From assembly GCF_001949145.1 (NCBI RefSeq), contig NW_019091360.1, forward strand, positions 2,664,864-2,728,863: DNA of 64,000 bases, written 5' to 3'. Source of the stretch: Acanthaster planci (Eukaryota). Of the stretch, positions 1 through 11,718 are shown piece after piece (position 1 is the first letter of the stretch; the number at the start of each line of letters is the position of its first letter). The translations under genes were made by a program, and so were the position numbers. A model generated the notes under the pieces. The model did no database searches. It was not told the origin of the DNA and saw only the letters and a list, made by a program, of their open reading frames with translations.

Positions 1-103
1 AGGTAATGAAACTGTAAAGCTAATAAATAAGGCAGAAAAGTGTTTCTCATGTCAAGTAATGTAGAGGTTTTTGAAACGGAGGCATCAAGTAACTTTAAAA
101 GTA

Positions 104-1304
104 TGGTAAAACCTTGATACCTCAAATCTCTGGGGAATGGACAAAAAATTTAAGTTATCCGAAATTCGAGTTAAAAGAAGGTCCCGATTTCTTTTGAAGT
201 TAAGTCATTATTACGATGTGTATCATAACATGTACCGATACGCTGATGCACAGTACTGTAAATCTCCTTGACTTTTGAAATGACATTGTGGTTATTTTAT
301 ACTTTGGTGCAACAAGTTTTTATTCATAGAAAGACATTCTAGCGGAGGATTTTTGCTGTCAATCGGCTGATAAATAACATATTACATGTACTGTACGTCA
401 TTTAAACTGTGTACCTTTGTGTGGCAAATCTTTCTTTTGCGTTGTGCATTTGTGACGCATTGTGGTGGTCCCATTTCTGATACCGTGCACCGCAAAGCAG
501 TGCCTTGCACATGCATACTCGGTTGGGTTTCCCGACGAGTCAGACGACTTTTTTCATCATATGAGGGTGCACCTTTTTGCACTTCCATAAAATTTTGTAA
601 AAACAAAAATGCTGTTGGTGTCAGTTTTTATTTTTTGTTCTTTGTTATTTATTTTCAAACTTTTGTTTATTTTTTGGGAGTGAGATTTAGCTGCGCAAAA
701 GCTCTGCATTGCAGTCATGTGGTTGGTCCACTGCGGCTGAGCATGCTGTGGTTTGTGGCTCCAATTGGGCAGCCATCGCATGGGCGAGCGCAAGTAGTTT
801 TCCCAGACCATGAGGCCAGACTTAATTTCCGAACGTGCATGTGGCGCGTGTGGCATACACAAAGATCTCCAATGCATTGCCGCAGCCACTGCAAAGAGCC
901 ATCAGTTGGCCTGCCGACGCACTGACTACAATGGGCCCACGGTAACAATTGGGCCAATTCCTGCAAGTCGGATTTTGCGGTCACAGTGTGGTTTACGTGT
1001 CTAGATTGATCATCACTGTAGCGTTCTTGCAAGTGTTCCGGTGTGAAAAGATGAAGTGTGCGTGTCAGAAATGATTCATAACTAGACCCACATTCTGTTT
1101 TCACTTTCTGGAAGTTTTTTGGCAGTGGTTTCTTTTGGATCTGTTACACAAAAACTTCGAGGTAAACAAATCCGGCAACGTGAGCAGTTTGAGTTACAGA
1201 TATTTTTTGTACATAAAAGCCTATTCTTTCGGCGGGGAATTCATTATTCTTCGAGTTAAGCCGGGTTACGAGTTAACCGACTTTGAGTTATCGAGATTTT
1301 ACGG
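104..1304. mobile_element. Non-autonomous Tc1/mariner (pogo/Tigger-like) element in a TFIP11 intron
   Basis: Imperfect TIRs: left tggtaaaaccttgatacctcaaa, right (reverse complement) ccgtaaaatctcgataactcaaa; flanked by TA (102-103, 1305-1306); subterminal cgagtta repeats at both ends; no transposase ORF. Confidence 0.7.
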
Positions 1305-2706
1305 TATATGGCAGTGTTGCTGATGAGTTGCTCTGTCAGACATGAGTCACAATACTTTCAACATGAGACATGAGTTTGGGGGAAAAAACTGACCTTGCAC
1401 ACATGGCTTAAAACTGACATAAAATTTGACTTGTTGACTTCATAACAGTTTTTGTTAAAATAAATGGAAGGAAACACTACACGTACGGAAATTAAATGGT
1501 GGCTTCCAATGTGCCAAGTAGCCTTGTGTGTGCTATCACTTGGAATATCGGCATATTTCAATCCAAAAATGGGGCAGAGAAGTCAGGCCAGTTTGGAGAA
1601 AATGTCACCTAAATAACCAATTTCAGAGAAAGTACCATGTTCATTATGACTACAGAGGGACTTCAATTGACGAGACTTGTGGAAAAATTTCTCTGGTCTT
1701 GACTGGTACAATAATCGCCTGGTTTGTACAACAACACTGCTTTAGCCCTAACCACACAGAATCCAACACCAGTAAAGTGTGTGAGTTTGTGGCATTGGGT
1801 ACTGGTAGCCAACTATCTGGTGTTTCATTTGGTGTGAATGGGTACTGTGGGCCTGCACATACACTGTACCCTGTTGAATTTTGACTGAATGGGTACATGT
1901 ACTGTGGCCCTCTCACTTTATCCCAGCAGTTGGGGATGGATATGCAGCTTGATGGTGTGTGAGTTTGTTTGAATAGGTACTGCCTGTCCATGTTCTTTGT
2001 ATTGTGCAATAGACCTGCTGTAGCCAATCAAACAGAACCACACAGGTAAAACCCTGTTGAAGTTTGTGGTATTGAGAACTCTTGCAACAGGAGTACTGTT
2101 GAAGTCTGTGGGATTGGGTACGGTGAGGTAGGAGTGTTTTCCAAGGTGTTGAAGTTTGTGTGATATGGAAGGTTAGGTCCAGCAACCCTTGGGCTGTTAG
2201 GGTTAGAGAATAAAACATTAAATCGAATCATCACTGTTATAACAAACTTAACTGCAGGTACCGATACTGTGTGCAGACACTTTGTGAAAACCATGATTAA
2301 TGAGAGTGGTTTCATGAACTAACACCTAGGTGAGCGCACTGTGAACGCTGACGTGTTGTAGAATAATTCTGGTTTTCGTGAACTGACAAGGAAGCTTGTA
2401 GCGGATACGTTAAAAAAAATTGCATTTAAGAGCTTGACTCAAATTGACTCCATCTTATTTACATGTACTTGTACCTATAAGGTGAAGGAAAATTGCACTT
2501 GGAAACCGTGGAATTGAGAAACTGACAAAGAATTCCCAATTGTGAAATGAAAATGCACTGAATGATTACATGCAGTGCTTGGCTACCATTACTGAAAATC
2601 GAAATGACGTGGTTCTGTGAATTTAGGGTGAGCAGAGCACACTCAAGCACCGCTTTGTGCTATTCATATTGTCGGAAATGAAAGTGTCCAGAAAACCTCA
2701 ACTCAC

Positions 2707-5700
2707 TGTCTGTCATGTTGGATGATCTGCTGCTCAGCCATCTCCACCAGGAGCTGGAGGTTGTGCTCTAATTCCGGCATCTCAAAGGCCGACTTTTTGC
2801 CCTCTGGGCCCTCGACCTCTAACCTCTCGCTGGGCTTGTCGTGCTGCTTTCCAAGATGACTGTAGCCCGACATCACACGCTGCTCGGGCCCCGTCATGTC
2901 AATGACCTTCACCCCTGAGGCGGCGGGATCAGCTTTCTTCCGCTTCTTGAGGTGCCCTGATTTCTTCACCTCCTCTACCGTCCGGTAGACATACTTGGTC
3001 TTTTTCTTGGCAGCCTGAATCGGGGAGATAATTGCAGATGGAGAAGGTAAAATGAAACTTATTTGCATTTCCCTCTTGCCTAGACAATTTCCAAGTGGGA
3101 AAGCTTAAAAGCAAGGATATGGAAAATGAGCAGTTCTCTTTTTCACACAAATTAACTTTGCGCATACCGTACTGACCACTGCCATCACCTTCATTGCATG
3201 CAACCACCATCTACCTTGTCCAATCAAATGTATTCAACACACTCAATACACAAGCATTGCCTCTGTGTTGGAATCATGAAATGTCACTGCCTCTGACTGG
3301 GTACTTTCCTAGTTTGTCACATCCATAAGCAGGCCTTGACCTTATACTTTTAACTGGCCCACCGCGCAGGTTAACAAATCTTTTTCACCAGCCTGCAGAT
3401 ATTTTCACTAGCCCACTGGACACTGTTTAGCAAATCAAACTTTGACTGTTTTTTTTTCCAACATTATTGATTTTCAACGGTTAATGTGAAGTCAAACTGT
3501 CAATTTTAAAATTTAAAGGTGGAGGTTCAAAGCTTTTACAATTGATAACGAACAGCAGGTACAATCAAAATTTTACATATCTTCATCTCTATTAATGAGA
3601 CAAACAACAGTTTCAAACAGGTAGGTTTTTCTTTCCTAGCCATTTTTCCCGGGCAAGGTAAAGCATGCATTTTACTAGCCTGCAGTAGTTTGTACCAGAC
3701 TTTGCACGCTGGTCTAGTGCTATGGTCAAGGCCTGTCTATATTATCAACACGTGTTAACCAATGCAGTAATTGCTCCATTCTGGAATGGTTCCTGTGCAG
3801 AAAAGAGGGACTGAGGAACGGGATGGGCTAATCCCCCTTCCCTCCCCCCCCAAATTCTATGTGTAGGAAATTCCCATGTTGCAAGGCAATGTGGGTACAT
3901 GTACATGTACCGGTAGCTTACTGCTCTAATCAATATATGTCTACCAACTGTTGCATAAACACCTGATGGGGCTCTCTCAAGCAGTTGATGCTCCTGCTTG
4001 CATGGGTGCAGTGCTACCGGTAAGCTACCTTTTTAAACTAATCTTTTTTATCTACTTCTATCCAGGTTGATTTTCATAATTTGGATCCTTCCGTGGCCGA
4101 AATGAGGGGCTACTGTGATTTACAGCTTGGTGAAGATTCTACATAAATCTGCATCCCTCGACTACTGCACAAATGCCCGATCTCATGCCATAAATTTGGT
4201 ACATACTCTGCATGTACAATTCATGTGCACACAGAAATGTTAATCTGGTTATTGTTGAAACAAATTTTAGCCATTGATGGCTCAAGGAAATTACATTGTG
4301 CATCCTGAAGAAACTAGCCTCGCTCTCGGTGGATGGGGGAAAGTCCTCACTGACATGATGTGCCGACACAAAGTGATACTTCTGTGCCTGTCTTACACCG
4401 ATAATGTACTATTCTGGATAACTCTCTTTTTCACAAACTGACAAACAGGTACTGCATCTGCACTCAAGACATTTTTCTTTTCACGTACTGTAACTTTTCT
4501 TGGTTTCCAAAGTTATTAAGATTTTAGTTAATTACAACTATATTCCAGAAATATATACGGATTGAGTATTCATGTTAAACTTTTTAAAGCATTCTTCTCC
4601 CAACATGACCGAAAACTTTAAAATTCAGGCCAATGAGTAAAAAACTCACAAACCTTCATTTTAGTATGTGGAGCCAAAGTTATGCATTGCACAGTCTTCA
4701 CATAGAGTACCCAAACAGCACTTGGGTGTTAGTTTGTGAAGATGGTTAAGTGTTACATAACACAGCATCCGTTTCACTTCCTGCCAAAGCAAAAGACATG
4801 TTGCTCACCTCTCCTCCTTTCTTCCACCGGGCAAGCTCCTCCCGAAACTGCGCGTCTTCCTCCTCTTCAGAGTCTGCCGCTTCGGGTTCCTGGCCGCCGC
4901 GTCTACCCACGTACTGCGGCGTGGCGTTAGAGCCCACGGCCCCCTTGCCCTTGTGTTTGGTGGCTTGAACCGGCCGGACGATTCCTTGGTTGGCTTTGCC
5001 TAGACCCTTCCCTGGGATGTAACCCATCTGGGAAAAAATAAGGGATAGTATACACTTAGTTGCAGGTTCAATGCTACAATATCCATGGGAAAGATAACGT
5101 ACAAATTAATAGTCGGTGACCCTATACCTCCAGGGTGTTTTGGCAAGAAACCTTGCAAGACACGTCAATCTGCATCATCTGTCAAAGTAGCTTGCCTGCC
5201 CTGTGCAACGAGATCCAACGGAGATCGACCATCCTCAAGGCCAAACAGCCTGGGGGTTTGTGGTTGCCAGCCACCATAAGATCTTTGTTAGTCTCTTTTG
5301 TAGAGTTATGCGCGCCTTTTTAGGTGGATCTGTGTAGAAGTATTCATAAAACTGTGGACTCTTGATCAAAGATGACCAAATCAATTCTTAACAGCAATTT
5401 TCATATCTGTGTTCAAAGAAACGTTGGTTCAAAAATTTCCAATGTTTTGCATTAAATACAGATGCTAATTAACCTCAAATTTACTGCCACTGCATATGCA
5501 CTGTTCCTGATGCACGCTGTCATCTGGATACATGTAACACCAGTCGCTCTTGACCCAAACTGTTCTTAATCCCCAAATCCTGTGAGTGTTTTTGAAGGAT
5601 TTCAGAAGATTGAAGCTGTCTGGCAAAAGTGAGGAGCTGATTTTGAAGGATCCACAGTGTCAAAGTTTTCAGCCGAACCTTGTGTTCTGTATGCTCGGTC

Positions 5701-8700
5701 ATGCACATATTTAAGAATACTTTATACTGGATATCATACGCACTTCCTCAATATAAGGGATAAAGGGATTGCCAGAGGATTTCAAAGGATGGGGGCAGTG
5801 CTCACCCCTCCAAGGAACACATTGAAAAAGTAATATAGACTTGAAGCATTGGGGCTATGTCCAATTTTTACCAGGGACGCAGTTGAAGGACTGAGGATGC
5901 AGCCTGGCAAAATGGACTTACAGGTCTGTTCCCACTTGACCAAATCTCAAGGGAGTAGCCTTGGGCGATATGGGGTGAAAATACCCCCCTCCCACCATCC
6001 CCGGGAGTGAAGAACCAAAAGTCTCCCCAGGGTACCCCGGAGTAATCCTAGGGCAAATTCGCCCCTAGGGATGGATGTTTAAGTGAGAAAAAGGCCTTAC
6101 GAGGTTAGGGTTAAAGCAAGTTCGTGCCTCTCAGCCAAGTGGAAATGTCGAGTTTTGGATCAGTAGCTTACCTGAAGGAGCAGCTTCTCTCCGAAGCCCG
6201 TCGTGTGCTTCTGCCAGTTCCCAAACTGCTTGTCGGACTTCATCAGCTCAGCGTGCTTCTTCTGTGCATTGGTCATGACCTTTGAACTCTGACCTTTGGA
6301 AGACCCCTCAGCTCGCAGAGGCAACTGGTATGAGATGTCAGCTTTGCCATCCTTGTTTTCATCATTCTGTGTTGAAATTGGAAAGTGCAATTGCAATTCT
6401 TTTGGACAGTGAATGCAAAAACTTACTTAGGATGTTATGACTTATCCACCAAAGCTGAATATGTGATGCCATAAAAAATATTAGCCTTTTGTTGACCCTA
6501 GGTATCTTGGACATTTTTATTTATTTGAAAAGAGCACAATGTCATCTTCATTGCTTGGACACGACCCTGGGTTGGTTCCAAGTATGGAAGTTGAGACTTA
6601 AAACGATGGGATGCTGGGATTGAAGATTTTCAAAAATGTTGCCATAATGACACATCTGGCTTGACTGCATCGCATGCATTACCAGAAATATCACAGTTTG
6701 GTTGCTTGATATCAAACTTTAAATATTTTTGTAATATTCTTCAAAAATCTTATACACATTGTGTTCAAGCCATTTTAGGTTGCTGAGCTTTCATAGACTC
6801 TCGTGGACATTCATAATGCAACGATCAAACTAAGTTTAAGATGCGTACTATCTCACTAACTGGAGTCTGGTTACCTGTTCACCTCCTGTAACTTCTGTAC
6901 TGATGAAGTTCAGGTCTCCTTGGCCACGCCGACCAGATGAACCAAATCCTTGTCTTTCTTCTGGTTCGTCATCACTGTTGGCCCAGACACCTGCAATATT
7001 GTTTAAAAATTTGTAATTTCCTATTTGAAAGTGAGCATTAACTTATGTTACTATACCTCATACATATTCATGACGGATCGGCAAACTCTCATTGGTGCAT
7101 TCAAGGTCACGCACCAGCCACTATTTTTGCTGTTTGTCAAGCGCACATGTGATTGTTCATGCAAAGAGTAAATACGCATAAGTTTTTAACTGTCCCCCTG
7201 CTTACCCAGGCGATACTTGAAAACGCGTGCGCAGTAGCAGAAAATCCAGAAGCTGTACTGCCCGGGTGTACTGTGCACTTGTGGTGGCGCCAGCCCAGCA
7301 ACAATACGCAGCTCATATGAAAAGATGGTGGCACACATAAAAGACAATCAGCGTTTTCCTCAGCTGAGTGACGCCGAACTGGAAAATGTTGTGGGCAATA
7401 GGGACGCCTCGTCCACTAAGGTTGTCCCAAATGCGGCGGAAACGCTCAAACATTACTGTGTCGAGGGTACTAGTTTGTTAACTCTCAATACCTCAGGGAA
7501 CTAACATCGACGGTGCAACCTCAAACCATGTTATATTTGTATAATTTATATAAAAGACATCTCAACACTGACATGTAAGTTCTAGTCTTTTCTTTTTCAG
7601 TTCCAACTTTCTTCCACAGACAGTATATTACATTATTTCACAGGTGTACAAATGGTGGTGTAGCAATGCCATAGGCCTACAATAACCAAGGCTCCTTTAA
7701 TCAGTCAGTTTTGACGGTGCAATTGTCAACAGGTAAAGAGTTCCATATATAAACATCATTTGGCACCCTGCGCACAAACCCTAGTTTGAGACTGTGTTTC
7801 TTGCTTTCATGACCCTATATGGGTTACATTTGGAAGAGTAAGAGTAAATCAGGAGAAAAATGTGACTTTCTTACATTTGTCTTGTCAATGTAAATACACG
7901 GTCAACTGGACACATACACTCATGGCAACTGTGTGACCTTTGGTAACGTGCGGCTGTTCTCTTTATATTCTTACTCCCTAATTTGTCTTTCTCATGTTTC
8001 CAACCAATCAGAGATCCACTTTCTAAGGAAACTTTCCAGTAACCAATCAGCGACACTCTACCAAGCAGATTTTACAATGTCACTGTGTTTATTTATTTAT
8101 TCTGGTTTATTGAACTTTCCCATCGCAGCCCAAGGGCTGAATTGAGGGCAAGTTTACAATCAGGGTGTTAAAAAGAGCAGTAAAAACGTTAATAAGTAAA
8201 AAGGAGGAAAAATTAACTAAAAATCACAAAAAGCTCAGATAAAAACAAACAGACTAATATTTCAAAAACAGAAAACAAAAAACTTGCAAATTAAAAAAAC
8301 CCCAAACTTCCAACAATCAAAGTTAAAACCGGAGTTAAAAAAATTTCAACAATTTGCACTCAATAAGTTTACTAAAAATGGGATGGCACTGTTTTTGTAC
8401 CTGTTTGTACGATATCTAGGGATGGACAAAGTGTTTGTGTTGCATCAACCAATCAGAGATCAGCTTTCAAATGAAACTTTTTCGCTACCAGAGAGAAAAG
8501 AAGGGTAGGGTTTTGAGTTTTGAGGGAAATTTTGAGGGGAAACTGCGAGTGGTTTAATACATGACACATGGTGAATTCAAATTTACATGGTTAGTTTATC
8601 ACTAAAAAAGTCACATTTTCTTACAATTTACAATTTGAAATTTCCAAAAAATAGGGTCAACGCAATAAAGAGAGTGTTGCCTTTGTTTTTTTGGGGGGGG

Positions 8701-9669
8701 AGGGGGACTTACCAGTTTCGCAAGATTAACCCCTTGACGACGGGAATTTCTTCCCGAAAGCCGACTCCAAGAATTGCAGCCTCGCTTGGCCACGAAGGCC
8801 ACCTGCCAAACCGCAAATTCTCGGTTTGTGGCCCTGCGTGCTTTGCACGCTTTGAATTACATGGTGAAAATGCTGATTGTTCGGTGGCATGCGGCTCTAC
8901 TCACCCTTCCACATTCTCGTTGCCTCTTTTCAAAGTGGGGACTATTGTGAAGCTGATGATTATGATGCAAAATCGGTCTTTTCATTTCTGGGCTACGCAC
9001 AAAGGCCAATTACCATATATACAAGAGCCAGGGTCTTCATTCTTTCACCGTGTTCGCTCGAGCATGGGCCAAAAATAATAGCTGAAAAGCGGGCTGAGGA
9101 TCTCAATTTTTACGGTGGGTATAGCCGCCTCCCAGTGCGAAGGGGTTAAAATGTCAAAAAACTGGGGCATGTTTGGGGTCCTCAAGTACATGTAAAATGG
9201 AGGCTTTGCCGACTAGGCCTATATAATTCAGATTCAGATACAATCCCCCTGAAATGCCTTGAATTGGAGTATGTAATAAAACATGTAAAATGGAAGCAGA
9301 TTTACATTTTGAGGTTACCAATCGTTACAATTTCCCATGGCATAGGATTGATAAATTGAGCACAAAATGCATTGCTTCAATGCTTGTTGTCATCCTTACA
9401 TGTACTATGATGTAGGCCTACATGTACATCATCCATACATCATTCCAATTTACATACATGTACGAGTACATCATCATGATTGCATTGCCAATGGAATGTC
9501 GAGAAGTCATTTCTACCATGCATCAGACAGTGTCTACCTCCATCATGTTCCTACCATAAATTGCTTGCGCCTTTGTCATTCGCCTCCTTGGTCTATCGAC
9601 ATTGAACTCATTCAATAGGTCGTAGTCCGTGATCTCAAAGTCTTCCACTTCCTCCTTGTCAGAATCCAT
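2707..9669 (-). CDS. TFIP11: Tuftelin-interacting protein 11 (Ntr1/Spp382 G-patch spliceosome disassembly factor), first five coding exons; the rest of the gene lies left of the window
   Basis: Exons (minus) 9669-9555 (MDSDKEEVEDFEITDYDLLNEFNVDRPRRRMTKAQAIY), 6990-6875 (GVWANSDDE...LNFIS), 6366-6172 (...FGNWQKHTTGFGEKLLLQ), 5027-4809 (G-patch MGYIPGKGLGKANQGIVRPV), 3014-2707 (...KVIDMTGPEQRVMSGY...MPELEHNLQLLV...IIQHDR). All have GT-AG boundaries with compatible phases; motifs match the TIP_N and G-patch regions of TFIP11. Confidence 0.95.
3330..3735. mobile_element. hAT-like MITE
   Basis: Perfect 12-bp TIR CAGGCCTTGACC…GGTCAAGGCCTG; flanking 8-mers tccataag / tctatatt are only partly identical (decayed TSD). 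Confidence 0.65.
7325..7504 (+). mobile_element. Relic N-terminal coding fragment of a Crypton-like (tyrosine recombinase/DUF3504-associated) transposon
   Basis: 59-aa ORF MVAHIKDNQRFPQLSDAELENVVGNRDASSTKVVPNAAETLKHYCVEG…; the RF..LS..EL…D..TK…A..L..Y pattern resembles, from memory, N-termini of Crypton/KCTD1-ZMYM-related transposon proteins. Truncated. Confidence 0.4.
8730..9145. mobile_element. piggyBac-like MITE
   Basis: TTAA at 8726-8729 and 9146-9149 flanking termini CCCCTTGACGACGGGA and TCCCAGTGCGAAGGGG (imperfect TIR starting CCC). Confidence 0.75.
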
Positions 9670-9869
9670 GGTTAGATGCTGCAAAAATGCTCTCCACCAA
9701 CAACAAAAGTCAATGCAGACGGCAAGTTCTCGCAGTTCCTATCCCAAGTTGTTCAGCAGTCAGGTTAAATCCTCCGGATTTGGCTTCGCCCGACCATGGA
9801 GGAAGGAGGGGATGGTCCGACCGGCTGGACATGTACTTGAACGTCTGGGAGCCAAACATTAGTGATAAG

Positions 9870-10600
9870 TGATGCACAGGGGGCGCTGTGCAATTTTAAC
9901 AGTGTGAATTCATGGCGGGGCCCGGGGGGGGGTAGGCAAGTATATGAGAGATTATTAGGGGAAATGCCCAGCTTCTGTGATAATTTGCTTGAGCATGGTT
10001 GCAGGCACTAAAAGATATTAGGGAATTAATTATCATGTTTACTTAAACGTTTACTCTTCCAATTTATCATGGGATCCATTATTTGATCAAAGTCTCAATT
10101 TTCTGAGTGCATTTGTTGTATCATGAGATTTAGTTAAGTTCCTTCCTCCCTGATTACATTGGGCAAAACGACTGCCTGCATGACACTTAACCCTCAGCAC
10201 ACTGACATAAATTCTTAAAGTTGACCTGGAAAGTTGATTTTCACACCAAAACTTGTCAAAATGATCGATTTGTTCATAAGATTTTACTGGAACAACTGAA
10301 CACTCGGTACATAAATTTCCTTGAGCGTCCATAACACAGAAAATGTCGGGGGATCTCACAGACTCCTTGAAGGGGGTAAACTATGTGTCACTGTTACACT
10401 CAACTGCCCTACCTGCTGGAAGAATAGTACAATCCAGCACGTCATAATCGAAGCCATGCAAGCGCGCCGGCTCGCCGGCACATATACATACACAATTAAG
10501 TACACAAACCCAATACGTATACGCTACATACGTAGCCGATCCATCCAGCAAGCAAGAAGAGGGGATCGATCGAGGGTTTGAAATCAATAAGGTAACGAAA
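9870..10600. promoter_or_regulatory. Probable shared divergent promoter region of TFIP11 and CPT1
   Basis: Both start codons are preceded by splice acceptors (minus 9680-9679; plus 11678-11679), so non-coding first exons lie between them; GC box near 9914-9931, CpG-rich patch 10455-10570, plus-strand donor AAG|gtaacg at 10592, minus-strand donor CAG|gtaggg at 10412. Confidence 0.5.
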
Positions 10601-11718
10601 CTAAAATCACTTTTTCACTAAAATCACTAAAATCAATTTGATGAACGCGATGAGCTAGGTTGTGATGTCTGAGAGTGTCGCCTGGTTGTAATTAATGGAA
10701 TCGTGGTAAAACAGGGTGATTTTCTGATCCTTTGGACAAGAAATATTGGGTGTGTAACTTGTGCAGGCATTTACTACTACGGCGCCTCGACCCTACGGTA
10801 CCGCCGGCCGGATCTTGTGAAGGGCGAATTGACCGGTACCGGGTCATGCTTAGTCAGTTTGCCCTGTTGCAGTTTATTCATAGATCCGCTTTCGGCCATA
10901 TTTTGGTACAGGGCTGATCCGGTTCACTGTTTCTAGCTATGCCCGGCGCTTTTGTTTCATTGCCATGCATGCCATATTGTATACAAACACGACAGTTATG
11001 ATGAATTTGCTGTTGGGGAAAAATCCTGGCATTCATCGCGTACAACTATTGTACGTGTACATATCACATCAGGATCTAGTGCAGTGTATGATCATTCAAC
11101 CATAATAATCACTCCCAACGCATGAATGCACAACTTAAGTGATAGCCATGCACTTTTGACAAATGTTTAAAACAATATTGACATTGAAAAACTTCTCTGA
11201 TTTAAGAAAAATACCTAAAGGCCTGCTTAAAATCCATGTTAAGCTTGTAGTGTAAAATGTTATCGGAAGAATTCCATAGATGAACATCACTAATTTTCCC
11301 TACAGTGGAATATTATTATCAGCCATCAGAAAGTTGTGAAAAGGCAGGAATTTTTGTATTTTTATGACATAAAAGCCCCCTCAAAATTTTAGTCACTTCA
11401 TTCAAGACTGATTAATTATTTGGTTGGTTTTGCTTCTCTTTTATTGAATTGAGCAAATGGAAAGAGTCCTGCATCTGGCCTCCATGATTTTGGTGTTTCA
11501 TAGACACCAAATTCAAAACTGAATCCCTTTTCTTGCTAAAATTCCCTCTCAAAAAAACAAATGACAGGCATCCCTTTTTAAACTTGTTGGTGTTTATGAA
11601 ACTCAAAAATTATAAAGGCCAAATGTGGTACTATTTCTGAGAACATGGATTTGAGATGCTGTGTGTTGTTTGCTTACAGTTGACTTGTTGAGGTTGCTAC
11701 GTGTGAAGGCACGCCAAG

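Noticed and set aside
382..1104. Overlapping ORFs up to 179 aa (386-925 etc.)
   Set aside because: They lie inside a non-autonomous TIR element, show no recognisable domain, and several start at non-ATG codons.
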